Positions 22,301 to 34,654 of a stretch of 64,000 bases of DNA are shown here, one piece after another. This DNA is from Azolla caroliniana (Eukaryota; Plantae; Polypodiophyta). Each line of letters starts with the position of its first letter. The stretch's first letter is position 1. The position numbers and the translations under genes were made by a program. The notes beneath the pieces are model-generated. The model was given only the letters and a program-made list of their open reading frames with translations, made no database searches and was not told where the DNA came from. The stretch spans positions 5,890,001 through 5,954,000 of the forward strand of contig JBHGNT010000002.1 in NCBI GenBank assembly GCA_043228905.1. Reading direction: 5' to 3'.

Positions 22301-25300
22301 TGGTCATGTACGCATAGTGATGCGCCATGTACTCATTGTATCTGTACCGCTTCACGGGTTCCTTCTGGCGGGAAGACCAACGTAACTCACCATTACCCAG
22401 TTTTGGGCCCTTCTTGGCCGGTTCCGTCTTCGTTCCTGAAGATCCGCCATCTTGCTTTCCGGAGTCAGATCCGCTCCGATCCAAATCGTCATTGTCGGTT
22501 TCGTATCCCGACATCTTCTTCTTCCCCTTCTCTTTGCGCATGAACCGTCTCCTCGGTTCCTTGCGCGGGGAGAGCACAGCAGAGTCGCCACTACTCGCCC
22601 GTTCATCATCCTACTAGTCTGGCAGACCCAGTCGCTCAACCGAAACGATTCCAGACTCTCTTCTTGAGTCTCGGACCCTTCGTCTTCTAACTGGACCGGT
22701 TCAGGCGAACTAGCCTCATCCTCCGGTATCGGGCCAGGGTCGGAAGTCGGTAAGGCATACCATGATGCCGTTTCATCAAACTCTACATCACGGCTAACTC
22801 GAACCTGCTTCATCCAGGGGTTATAACACTTGTACCCCTTTTGCTCATGTGAGTAGCCAACTAGGATGTATTTCTCTGACTTGGCATCCAGCTTCCTTTG
22901 CTTGTCATCCAGTACATGAACATATACAATGCTACCCAATATCCGAAGGTGTCTCAAATTCAGCTTGCGTCCGAAATATAGCTCATGCGCGGACACCTTG
23001 TCACCGATCCGGTTTTGGATGTAGATGGTCGTCCAGACCGCCTCCGCCCAATAGAAATGGGGCATGCTCTTCTCTTCCAGTATTGCCCTTGCCCCATCAA
23101 CGATCGACTGGTTCTTTCTCTCGGCCATACCATTTTGCTCCGCTGTGTATCTGTAGCTGAATTCTCTCTGAATTCCTTTTTGTTGCAGATAACTGTTGAA
23201 TTGGCCAGAAAAATATTCTTTTCTGCCATCCAACCGTAGGAACTTGATCTTCCTCTCCGTTTCCTATTCAACTAGGCTCTGCAGATTCCGGAAACACTCG
23301 AAGACTTCGCTCTTCCGCTCGATGAGGTAGATCGAGGCGTGTCGGCTGTAGTCGTCGATGAAGGAGACGAAATACCGACTCCCCGCCAAGACTAACATTT
23401 TGTGCCTGTCCCCATACATCCGAATGAATAAGGTCGACCTTGTTACGCCTACGGTTTCGTTCGGTGGGGAATGGAAGCTTGTGTTGCTTCCCAAGTTGGC
23501 AGGCTTCACATATTTGGGCCTTTTGGTCACTGAACTTCGGCAAACCGAAAACAACTTGTTTTGTTTGCAGGTCTTGAAGCCTCCGGTAATTGACATGGCC
23601 GATCCACTTGTGCCAGAGATCAATATCTGATTCAATCTTTTGTCCTTTGGCAAAAAAAGCGGTGTTGACGTCATTGGTGTCAAGGATAAACATCCTCCCG
23701 TCTCTACGCCCTTGCGCGAAAATCTGGGACTCTTCCTCGATGAAGCACCCGAGGTGCGTAAACTGCACCTGCATTCCCCAGTCGACGATTTGTCCAACTG
23801 ACACCAGGTTCTTCGTGATAGTCGGAACGTGTAATACGTTCATCAGCTTCATCAGTCGAGACTTCTCCGATATGCATGATTGGGTGTGGAGTGTCGTCTC
23901 CGGTTTCTCCACAAAAGAGAACCACTCTTTGTGGCTCGTCATGTGATTCGATGCACCAGAATCAACATACCACACTTCCTCCGATTTGGAAAGTGCTCTT
24001 CTTCATCGAGTTAGCCTCGTGTTTCATCACCAAGGCTGATCCTTTACCGGCTTTTCCGGTTTTTGATCCTCCCAATCCTTCTGCGTACTGCGAGTATTGC
24101 CTGTTCTCTCTACCGGATCCGGATTTGTCTGAATTGGCGCGCTTCTTCCAGCACTCACTTTCTCTATGGCCCTTTTTACCACAATACCAGCATTCCGTGG
24201 CGGATTTGTCTTGCCGGCCTCCGACGCCACTTTGACTCCCCCTGGTTGTGGAGGTCCTGGAACTGCTGTCGGCACGGTCTCTGTGCGGTCGGTCTTGCCC
24301 TTGCCAGCCGCCTCCATTGCGAGCCGACCCGCCTCGTTCACCACACCCATGGGGTCGATCCGCCTCCATGTACAGCATCCGGCTGTCGGTGGGTGCACTT
24401 GTTGATGCACCGGTGTGGTTTTCCTCTACAAGGAGCATCGACTGTAAGTCGAAAAATGACGGTGTATTCTCCCTCGTACATATTGCTGTCCGGAAAGCTC
24501 AAATCTTAGACGCCAGGCCCCCAAGACATACCTGTACCATCTCGGCTTCCTCTACTATGACGTTGATAGAGGCAAGCAAGTTACAAATCTCTTTGATTCG
24601 GGCCGTGTAATCAGCCACCGACATGTCCTTCTATCGGACATTTCTCAACTCCTGTCGGAGTTGCAGTTTCCAAGTTGTAGTGCTTGCGGAGAACACCTTC
24701 TTCAGGTTTCCCCAAGCCTCCTTCGGCATCTTCGCATCTCGGATGTGGCTCAGCAGTTGGTCTCCGACACTGGACGCAAAGCAGTACATCACTCTGCTTG
24801 CCGATTGTTCCCACACCGGGAAGTCCTTGTGTGCCGCATCAGGTGTTGTGTCGTTAGCTCCGTCGACATAGCTCCAGTAACCATGCCCAAGCAGGTACTG
24901 GTGCATCTTGTATGACCAAGATGCGTAGTTGGATCTGTCGAGCTTCTCCACCAGGAGCGAGCTAGCCATTCCTTTATCGATTTGTTTTTCTTTCTATTCT
25001 TTACAAAGGTTAGGTTTTCTTCTTGCGAAAGCGAATGTCGGCTGTAGAGGTTCTCAACCCTCGCGCTCTAATACCATGTAGGCACAAATAGCGTGTAGAA
25101 GCAATAGAAAACAGAAAACGGAAAACAGGTTTAATGGAGAGCTTTACATTACGCGAGAGAGACAGAGAGAGAGCACACAGAAACTTAATTCAAAATATTA
25201 CTTTGTGTGTGTATCGTATGTGTTCAATGAACACTTTTATACAAGTCCATACGGACTGACAGAAGTATGGTGTACTTCAATGCTCACACGAGCATCTGAC

Positions 25301-26700
25301 ACTAACTACGAGATATTAACTCCCTAGTAGACTAGCTGCTACTTGGCTTCCGGTTACTACTTGATCAAGCTAACTGGCTCCCCAGCTCACCGGCTCACCG
25401 ATCCGGCTCATCCTTCCGGATGCCGATCCGGATTCGGTTGAGCTTCCCTCTCAACACGCTCTTAAATGGACAATGCGACTTGGGACCTGGTCAACGTACC
25501 GAAGGGTGTAAAGCTGATTGGATGTAGATGGGTGTATAAGGTGAAATACTGAAATACAAGATCGATGACTGCATCAACCGATATAAGGCCCTTTTGGTTG
25601 CGAAAGGCTACTCGCAGAAGCACGACTTAGATTAGGACGAGACCTTCGCACCAATCGTGAAGATGACTACTGTGCAAGTTTTGCTAACCGTAGTTGTGGC
25701 AAAGGGGTGACATCTACATCAGATGGATGTAAAGAATGTGTTCCTGCGAGGTGATCTTGAGGAACAGGTGTACATGGTACAACCCCCCGGATTTCTATCC
25801 GAACAGAACACTTTGGCAGTCTGCCGATTAAAGAAGGCATTATACGAACTTAAGCAAGCCCCCCGAGCTTGGAACGCCAAGATTATGCAACGGCTGCGTA
25901 GAATGGGGTTTACGACGTCCAAATCGGACTCTTCGTTATTCGTTCAGCAAGGTCAACATGGACCGGTTTGTCTTTTACTTTATGTTGATGATTTAGTCAT
26001 CGCTAGTGCCGACCTGGAATAAATCCGCCGTGTAAAGTCTCAACTTGCGGCATCATTTGAAATGAAGGATCTTAGCGATCCTCATTACTTCCTCGAGATC
26101 GAATTGATCCGTTCCCCCGAAGGCATATTGATCAGTCAGCGTCATTACACTCTGAATATGCTCTTCAAATTCAGGATGGTAGATTGTAAGCCCATCTCGG
26201 CCCCTATGGATAGAAACGTAAAGCTTCGCCGAGATTCGGAAAAGGCGTGTGACCCGACACGGTTTCAACAGATTGTCGAAAGCCTCATTTACTTGACGAT
26301 CACTCGGCCCAACCTCAGTTATATGGTTGGAATGATCAGTTAATTTATGTCGCAACCCAGGACTCAATACCTTCAGTGCGTGGAAAGGATATTACAATAT
26401 GTCAGCGGCACAAAAGACATGGTGTTGTTGTATCGTGCAGACGTAGCCGAGCAATTAGTCTGCTACACGGATGCCGATTGGGCCTGAAATGCCCACGATC
26501 GTAGATCCACGTCCAGATGCACATTCTCATTGGGAAGTGCGGCGATCATGTCAAGCAGTAAGAAGCAACCGATAGTAGCGTTGTCGAGCATAGAGGTCAA
26601 AGATCGAGGGGCGATTGTCGCTACGTGCGAAGTCATTTGGTTGAAACGGATATTACGGGATCTGCATGTGGAGATGTATGATCCAACAATGATCTATTGC
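16371..26700 (+). mobile_element. Ty1/copia element, 3' end lost, split by an inverted copia
   Basis: 5' LTR 16371-16799; PBS at 16800; gag and integrase to 19386; RT/RNase H resumes 25462-26700. Confidence 0.88.
19387..25456 (-). mobile_element. Full-length decayed Ty1/copia element
   Basis: Perfect CGCTC TSD; LTRs 19387-19799 and 25077-25456; PBS 25065-25076; gag-PR-IN-RT-RH fragments on the minus strand. Confidence 0.95.
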
Positions 26701-29255
26701 CACCTTCATCATAAAGGCATAGTGGTATGCCATATAGTCGTTGTAGCCAAATTAGTTAACCGGATTCTTCTCTCGGGTGGAGCAACGGAGTTTCTCATTT
26801 CTCGATGTGAGTGCTTTCTTAACTCTGGGTGACCTCATAAGAGACACATCAAAGCCATCGAACTCACTATCAAGTGAGTGAGTCGATTTGTTGCCATCGA
26901 AGTGATCGTCTTCATATTCCGGAATTTTGGCCTTCCCTTTGTTCATCTTTGGACTTGGTCGAGATATGCTTTAGTTGCTCGAAGGCTCTTGTGGTCCACT
27001 CATTCTAGTTGAGATCAGACTCTCTTCGAGTATTGCCTTAGTTGATCATCTTCTTCGGTATTGCCTTTGTACCATGATGTTGATTCATCAAAGATGACAT
27101 CCCGACCTACACGAACCTTCCGACTAAAGGGATTGAAGCACTTACACGAACATTATCGACATGCCGAATCGGATGAGTGGTGTCATCTCAGGTCTCGACA
27201 TAACCGGGTCGATCCGGCTCTCCAAGGTCTTTGAACCATTCTTGATGGGACGTCATATGGTTTGAAGTACTGGAGTCGACGAACCATACACCTTCCGGAT
27301 TGGAGGCATTAGTCAAAGTAGTGCCCGACATAGAATTTGCTCAATGTCTCATCACCAACATTCCGCCATGATCTTCATAGTCAGAATTGGTGGCATAATT
27401 GGTGAGTTGTCGATGATGGGAACTACACGTTCCTTATGAGCAATGCTCGGCCACAACCGAGCTTAGAATCATACATAGAAAAAAACGGTGAAAAAATGCA
27501 TGACACGAAGAAGAGAAAAAAGTACGCGGGATGTTTACGTGGAAAACCCAAACTAAGGGAAAAAACCACGACAACCCGACTGCTGCAAACTATCACTATG
27601 TTAGAATGTACAACAGTGAGTTCACAGAGGCAACGACCTCGTGCTCACGATCTTCGCCACAGAGGCAACGACCTCTTTCTCTCTCTCTCTCTCTCTCTTT
27701 GTACACTGTTACGCACCTCTAATCTCACGTAGACAAGAATAACAACAACACTACAAAAGTTTTACCTAAGTCATATTTATACTAATATGGGCTTTTCGGC
27801 TATTTACAAATATAGCCACGACAGACTCTCAGAAACATATTTACGAATATGTCTCTTCATCCGGTGAGCACTCCTCACCGGGTTTGCACCATCCGGCTCT
27901 CTGTAGCCGGGTTCTCCTCATCCAGTTCTCACCGGGTCTGCACCATCCGGCTCACCGTAGCCGGGTACTCCTCATCCGGTTCTCACCGGATCTGCACCAT
28001 CCGGCTCTCCGTAGTCGGGTACTCCTCATCCGGTTCTCACCAGGTCTGCACCATCCGGCTCTCCATAGCCAGGTACTCCTCATCCGGTTCTCACCGGGTC
28101 TGCACCATCCGGCTCTCCGAAGCCGGGTACTCCTCATCTGGTTTGCTCATCAGCATTGTTCTTCTCCCTTCCCATCCGGAGGGACCTGTCTCCCAACAGT
28201 CGTCTAGTGGAAGCCGACTCACGCATATTCTTTTGACACTCTTCTTCGTGGTGGCCGATTTTGCCACAATATCAGCATTCGATTGAGTTTTGTCCGCTTG
28301 AACCGTAATGGAAGCTCCCCCTTCTTCTAAAGGTTCCTCGATGGCTTCCGTCTTGTCGCCAAAATTGGGAATTGTTTTCGTATGTCGGACCTTGTTCACC
28401 TCGTCCTTGGCCAAATCGGCCTCTTCCTCGCGTCCTCTTCCTCCGTTCAAATGTGTGTAGAGCATGTGGCCTTCCGAGGTGTTGCTCCTCGTTCGAACAT
28501 GATTTTCTTCAACAAAAAACATGGATTGAAGATCAAAGAAAGAGGGGGTATTCTCCCATTGCGCTGAACCATGGTGGAAGGCCACCAAGGCTTATTTACA
28601 CCATCTCATCATCATCCACATTCACGCTTATTGAGCCAAGTGAATCACAAAGGTCCTTGATCTTCAAGGTATAGCTTGTGATGGACATGTCTCTTTGTTG
28701 AATATTGTTCAACTCTTGGTGGAGTTGAAGCTTTCGTGTCATCATATTCGTGGTGAATATCTTCCTTAGATTATCCCATGCTTCCTTTGGCATCGTGGAT
28801 TCTCGAATGTAGCCGAGCATGTGGTCATGAACAGATGTCGCCAAGCAATACATTACTCGACTCGCTGCTTGCTCCCATGTTGAGTAGTTGGCGTCCTTTG
28901 GGTCGGGTCAATTTTCTTGACATGCTCCTTTCACATAACTCCAATAATCTTGACCGACAAGGTATTAGTGCATCTTGAGCTCCCAAGATGCGAAGTTGTT
29001 TCGGTCTAACTTCTCGCTAGGGAGAGCGCTCCCCATTTGAGTATTCATGGTGTTCGATGTGGATGACACCCTTCTTCTCTCTTGAATACGAGCCATGTAG
29101 TGGCACTACGATAACGATGAGCCGGTTCTTCTCGAACGTCGGCATAGAACACAACACACCCATATGGGCTAGATCGAGCTACCAAGCAACGTTGATACCA
29201 TGTAAAGAATCGATGGTGATCCTTGTGTAGTGGAATAGGTTAGAGATGTGTGTTA

Positions 29256-29290
<35 letters not shown>

Positions 29291-29560
29291 AGAGGAGAGA
29301 AACACAAGAGAGATAAAAAATGAAAATACTCAAGAAGATTGTATATTACAAAGGAGATTAACCAACCTATTACAAAGTAGGAGAAGACTGCGTTATATAG
29401 TCACTCTCTCTTCATTAACTACTGACGCTGGTTCTTCTCGAACGTCGGCATAGAACACAACACACCCATATGGGTTAGATCGAGCTACCAAGCAACGTTG
29501 ATACCATGTAAAGAATCGATGGTGATCCTTGTGTAGTGGAATAGGTTAGGGATGTGTGTT

Positions 29561-29601
<41 letters not shown>

Positions 29602-29900
29602 AAACACAAGAGAGATAAAAAATGAAAATACTCAAGAAGATTGTATATTACAAAGGAGATTAACCGACATATTACAAAGTAGGAGAAGACTGCGTTATAT
29701 AGTCACTCTCTCTTCATTAACTACTGACGCTCATGAGTCATGGGGAATGTGGACACTCATTAGTTATGTGTCATAGAATCATATTCTATGACACATAGTT
29801 AATGTGTAAAGAGTAGTGGTGTGACTTTTGACCATTGAGTGCTCATACACTCTCAAGGGTATGTTCACACATTAGACTAGGTTGAGCTTGATTCTCAACA
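26701..29900 (-). mobile_element. Internally deleted Ty1/copia element with 5' LTR and duplicated PBS region
   Basis: LTR 29507-29900; PBS TGGTATCA ending at 29200 and 29506; gag ORF 28596-28853; protease and integrase remnants. Confidence 0.85.
27414..28198. mobile_element. Solo LTR with about five 54-bp tandem repeats
   Basis: TG...CA ends; TSD GTCGA/GTCGT; unit CACCGGGTCTGCACCATCCGGCTCTCCGTAGCCGGGTACTCCTCATCCGGTTCT. Confidence 0.85.
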
Positions 29901-30289
29901 CAATATATAAAAATATGACTGCAGTCTTGTATACGATTCTCATGATACTTCTTTTGGATGCAATAAACAGTTGCATGTTTGTGTGACAATTTGGTTGTTT
30001 CTAATACTGATTGATAAAACTTTATGAAAGATATGAAATCGACAATGGTTGAGGTTCATGATGAATTAGTTTTTGGAGATTCCAATCTTGTTTCTTAATG
30101 TTTAGTTATTAATTGGAACATATGTTATCACAAGCTTATTTAATAATTCAGTAGACCAAACTGTGGTTTTTGTTGTGATAATAGGAAGATAAAGGTAATT
30201 ATGGACCTGGTATATCTAGTTTGAGAAAAACCTCTGCTAGAAACATGAACTAAATGGAGTAAGATTTCAACTTTTAAATCAATGGTTTT

Positions 30290-30618
30290 TTTGAAGCTTT
30301 TGTTGAAACTACGTGACCAAGGTTCTCGTAGTCCTCGTAGAATGAGGCTTACGGCTATGCATGTTGCAGGACTATGGCTAAATTTCCTTCCATTACAAAA
30401 TACTATATTGAGGAATTGTATCTAGTGTCTATCCATGGTGGAGGTATGAGATGATAAAGGTTTTCTTCTAAAGCTACTTCGTCTATGGTCGAGTCTAATT
30501 TTGATTACTGCCTGCAGAGAGCATAGATGAGGAGTTGGATGGAAAATTTTTAGAGAATGCAATGGCTTCTAGGGAGTACTCCATGGCGATGTAAAGTTTG
30601 GATCTTGAGCTTATTAAG
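30290..30618 (+). pseudogene. Fragment resembling plant TARBP1/Trm3 tRNA 2'-O-methyltransferase
   Basis: GSRSPRRMRLTAMHVAGLWL..SITKYYIEEL..LKLL..DEELDGKFLEN..SLDLEL, followed by a GT donor; recalled similarity to SPRTIRLAALHLTGLWL..TIKYYIKEL. Confidence 0.6.
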
Positions 30619-30761
30619 GTATCAAAAATTGTTGAAGATTTGAATTTGTAATTATTTAAATCTGCTTCAAGATTTTATGGTTTTTTGTATTGTGATGCAC
30701 GAATTTAGGAGCTCTGAGCTTTTTGTTTGTGTCATTATTGCAACGTTGATTCATAAATTCA

Positions 30762-30905
30762 AATGATATGATGAGTTAATCACTCACTTTATTAGTGTCA
30801 ACGGTGGTTGTGGCGGAATTCGCAATTGGGCTTGCCATTCTGGTAGTAACTTCTCAAATTCGTGGGACCATTGCCATGGAATTTCCTAATCGCATGAAAG
30901 GTCGA
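30762..30905 (+). pseudogene. nad4L: Mitochondrial nad4L 3' half (nuclear insertion, NUMT)
   Basis: [48 protein letters not shown] against the conserved [46 protein letters not shown]. Confidence 0.85.
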
Positions 30906-31281
30906 GCACCATTAAACTCCTTGCACTTCATTTTTCCAACTTGAATACAAAGTAGACTTTGGCATTAAGGGAGGAGATACGATTCAAATCTCTCGTTTGA
31001 AAGCGAATTTACTGAAATCAAACGCTTTTTTCATTCAACCACTTTTTGCTTCGACTTTGAGCCAAGATTAGGCTTTATTTTGATATATGAACCCGGGAAT
31101 ATACGGGCTTTATGAGGTTTTTTCATAAAATGAAATACTCCCAAGAGAAAAGTAGGGTCCCATTCACCACCATATTCGCTTGCACCACCGGCTTTCTAGA
31201 GGCTCTACCATTTCCAAAGTAATAACTTTTAATATATTAAGAACAAAATAGAATCATTATGGCTAATACTTACTCTTTTAT

Positions 31282-31321
<40 letters not shown>

Positions 31322-32049
31322 CTCTTCGAAGTGGCCCTCGTTTGGCAAGAAAGGATGTGCAGGATGAACTACAAGGAGGGAATTTGTTGCCATTAGGATC
31401 CATACCATTTTTCAAGGGTTCTTGATTTAGTACCATATCAATTTTTGACCATGTTCGTATGTGTGCATGTGTATTTGCATATGCATGGCTGTGTTTGTAT
31501 GTGTGTATTTGTATGCATGTATGAATTCATGTACACATGCATTTGCAACATTCCCTCTCATGTTTTTATTTCCACGTTAATTTGTTTATTTGCTATTGTA
31601 ATTTCCCAAGCAAGAAGAGCCCTTTTGGTCTTGAGATGCCTCATGGGGAGCTCATGGTGGTGGTGCTTTCTCTGGGAGGGACCCTACCAAGGTCGATTGG
31701 AGTAGATGTTATATTGTGAGGTAGGTTGTGGAGAGTATTGTTGCAGTAGGACTTCCCCGTTGTTGCATTGTCTAGGTATGTTTTCTTCTTGTGACCTTGG
31801 TGGATGTTGAGCCTTGTTCTTCACTCATTGTGGCATGTTTTCTCCTTTTTCATGCAAATAAAGTCATGAGAAAAGATTAAAATTGTTTTTCTTAGAAGCT
31901 TAGTAAAAACCAATTCAGGTTGTGCATATTGGTCAAGGAATATAGCTTTTTGTATTCATTGTATTTCCTTTTATTTATGAGATTAAAAGGAAATGATGAG
32001 AAATATTTTTACTTTAGGAAACCCTAATCCCAATGATTTCCAACATAAG

Positions 32050-32187
32050 ATGATGGCTATCCACTTCGACCTTCGCAGAGGCAGAAACAAACGTTGCCAG
32101 AAGACTGTTGCATATGGTCACTTTGGTTGTGATGACCCTGATTTCGCATGGGAAATTGTTAAGCCATTGAAGTGGGAGAAAGTTTAG
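32050..32187 (+). pseudogene. S-adenosylmethionine synthetase C-terminal fragment
   Basis: [42 protein letters not shown] matches the plant SAMS tail ([27 protein letters not shown]). Confidence 0.85.
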
Positions 32188-34146
32188 CTCCACTTAACTT
32201 TTGATTAGTTATTGTCACAATGAAACAAAAAGTGAACAAAATTTACTATTAGAACTAGGGGTTTTGGCTTATGGTCTATGTCTTTCTTTCTATCGGAGAA
32301 GTATGCAAAAATAAGAATGAAATGGTTGGAAAGGAAAGTATAGATGAAGAAGAGGATATTTTGCTTATTCTAATTTTTTTCTCTTAAAACTCCTTTTTAA
32401 CTAATATGAGATTTTTGTCCCATTTGTTTGAAGTATTTTCTTCACATATTTGTTGTCTTTTGATTATTTCAAATGGAAGAAAACTAATGGGTTATTTATG
32501 AAGAGAGCAGGGCAACAAATATTCACCTACTATGTGTGGTGATGGAGATGCTAAGTTAATTGGATGTCTTTATCAATGGCTCGTTGTGCTTAATTATTTT
32601 TTTATATGATATCTTTGTATTTTAGGATATGGAGCTTTTGATACTTCAGACTAGGCTTCACACCTAACTAGTTTTTATCTTGGTGTTCACTATATGCTAA
32701 GACAAGGCTCTCATACCATGAGTTTGTTTTGGGGCTCACTATCAAGCGAGGTTGAAGCATGTATTTCTTCCTATGATTGTCTTTTGTTCTATTAGTATGG
32801 TTGGGCTTCATTCCTTTCATGAATTTCTTTATTTGGACGTTGGCATTTATTAGAAACATTTTTGAAGCCAAGTGGGTGTTTATTTATTGACTCACGCCCA
32901 CTTTACTCTTCATTGATTGTGTTTGTGGATTTTTATTATCAATTGACATTATGTGCATCTTTCTTGGTGCTACATCATTAGAAGAATGCTTATGCAAGGT
33001 CCATATTTCTAGTTGTTGTAAATGGAGGAGATTGATAAATAAATAATTGTATGTGTTGTAATATAGAACTGTTTCCATTACTTTCCTCTCATCTAATGAA
33101 TTATTGTTTGTTTGAAACATTATTTGAACCTTACGTGTTTCATTATGATAGCAAGTTGGTTTTGCATGTGTTTGTTGTGAACTATATAATCCAAGGAAAA
33201 GGTGTACGAGAAAGAGATGTTGTATTGCCAATAGTGTGATTGATATGTATGTCAAATGTGGTATGACCCGTGTAGCACATATAGTGCTTGATAAGCATCG
33301 CATATTGAAATAGTCATACATGTATGATATATACAACACATACAATACAATACATACATAAATAAACATGGAATACATTGCAATACATACATACATGCAA
33401 TGCAATACGTACATATGGACACACATAGACACATAACCCATACATACATACACAGAACCCATACATAAAATATATATAACATATGCAATACAATATGATA
33501 GATTTCTATTTAAGGGCATTTAAAATTAGTCGTTGTCAAAATATATTTTGGCACGAAGGGGTATTTTTATTAACCATTATTTTATAGAAGGGTGTCTAAA
33601 ATAGTAAAGATTATATGTATGAGGGGTTTATAAAAGATGTCATGAACGCACGTGATACAACCTCTTTATATATAGTGGAGTCCTCGGGTTGTGGGTAATT
33701 TGGGGATTTCAAATAAACACCAACGAGGATTATAGCCCATATACACATACAATGGTGTAACCTAGTAGAGGAATGGATAGAATTATTATATGCAAATTTG
33801 GCAAAGCATAATATATCCTTACAATCATCTTGTTGATAACTTATGAAACACTGAAGATATTCCTCCCATGTTTGATTTGTACGTTTTTCTTGTCCATCCG
33901 TTTGGGGATGGTAGATAGAGGAGAGGTTGCAAGTGACCTTGAGCATTGTGAAGAGATGCTTCCAAAGTTTAGGTATAAATTAAGGTCCACGGTCACTTAT
34001 GATGTTGTCGGGAAGACCACGGTGATGAAAAACTTCACGCATAATGATTTTTGTGGTTTCTTCACTAGTGATCTCTTTAGTGCATAGCAAGAAATGTGTC
34101 ATCTTAGTATATTGATCAACCACTGTTAAGATAACGTTGAAACCCT

Positions 34147-34654
34147 TGTTATAGGTTTAGGGTTAGGGATTACGATAGAGATGCCTATTTATGATAACGA
34201 TAGAAATGGTGGGTGTGATGACGATAATCATTGTGTGGTGGATTAGGGTGATGTTGAGAATCATTGCGGGGTGGGGGGTGGTGCCTAGAATGGCTCCACC
34301 CCCCTCCAAAGGGGATCAACATTAGGGAAGAGAGAGAGAAAGAGAAATGACAAGAGAGAGAGAGTGAGAGATTGAGAGAGAACTATGTCTTATTCATTCA
34401 TTCCCTACAAGTGGTTAAATAGTTACAAAAGGGTAGATACACATGGGTGCAAGCTCCCTTGTCCATTCACACTAATCACTCACTCACACCTCTTCGTATA
34501 TGTCCACATGCACACATGTGTGCGTGGGTTCACATACGTATCGACTCATACTTATAATTATACTTGTGCACATTTACTCATACACATCAACAACATTATA
34601 GCATTCGACCCTTCCTCATCACACTCTACTCTCTATACATCTCGTGTGGTAACA
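34147..34654. mobile_element. Solo LTR in the gypsy integrase
   Basis: TGTTA...TAACA ends with perfect ACCCT TSD. Confidence 0.88.

Noticed and set aside
27849-28286. Repeat protein ORF (HRVCTIRLSVAGYSSSGS)n
   Set aside because: Translation of a 54-bp tandem repeat inside a solo LTR.
31993-32187. SAM synthetase as cofactor supply for the element's MTase
   Set aside because: Only about 45 C-terminal codons, and outside both TIR-bounded copies.
32884-33519. 211-aa ORF
   Set aside because: Low-complexity (TATG/TGTA)n sequence with no recognisable domain.
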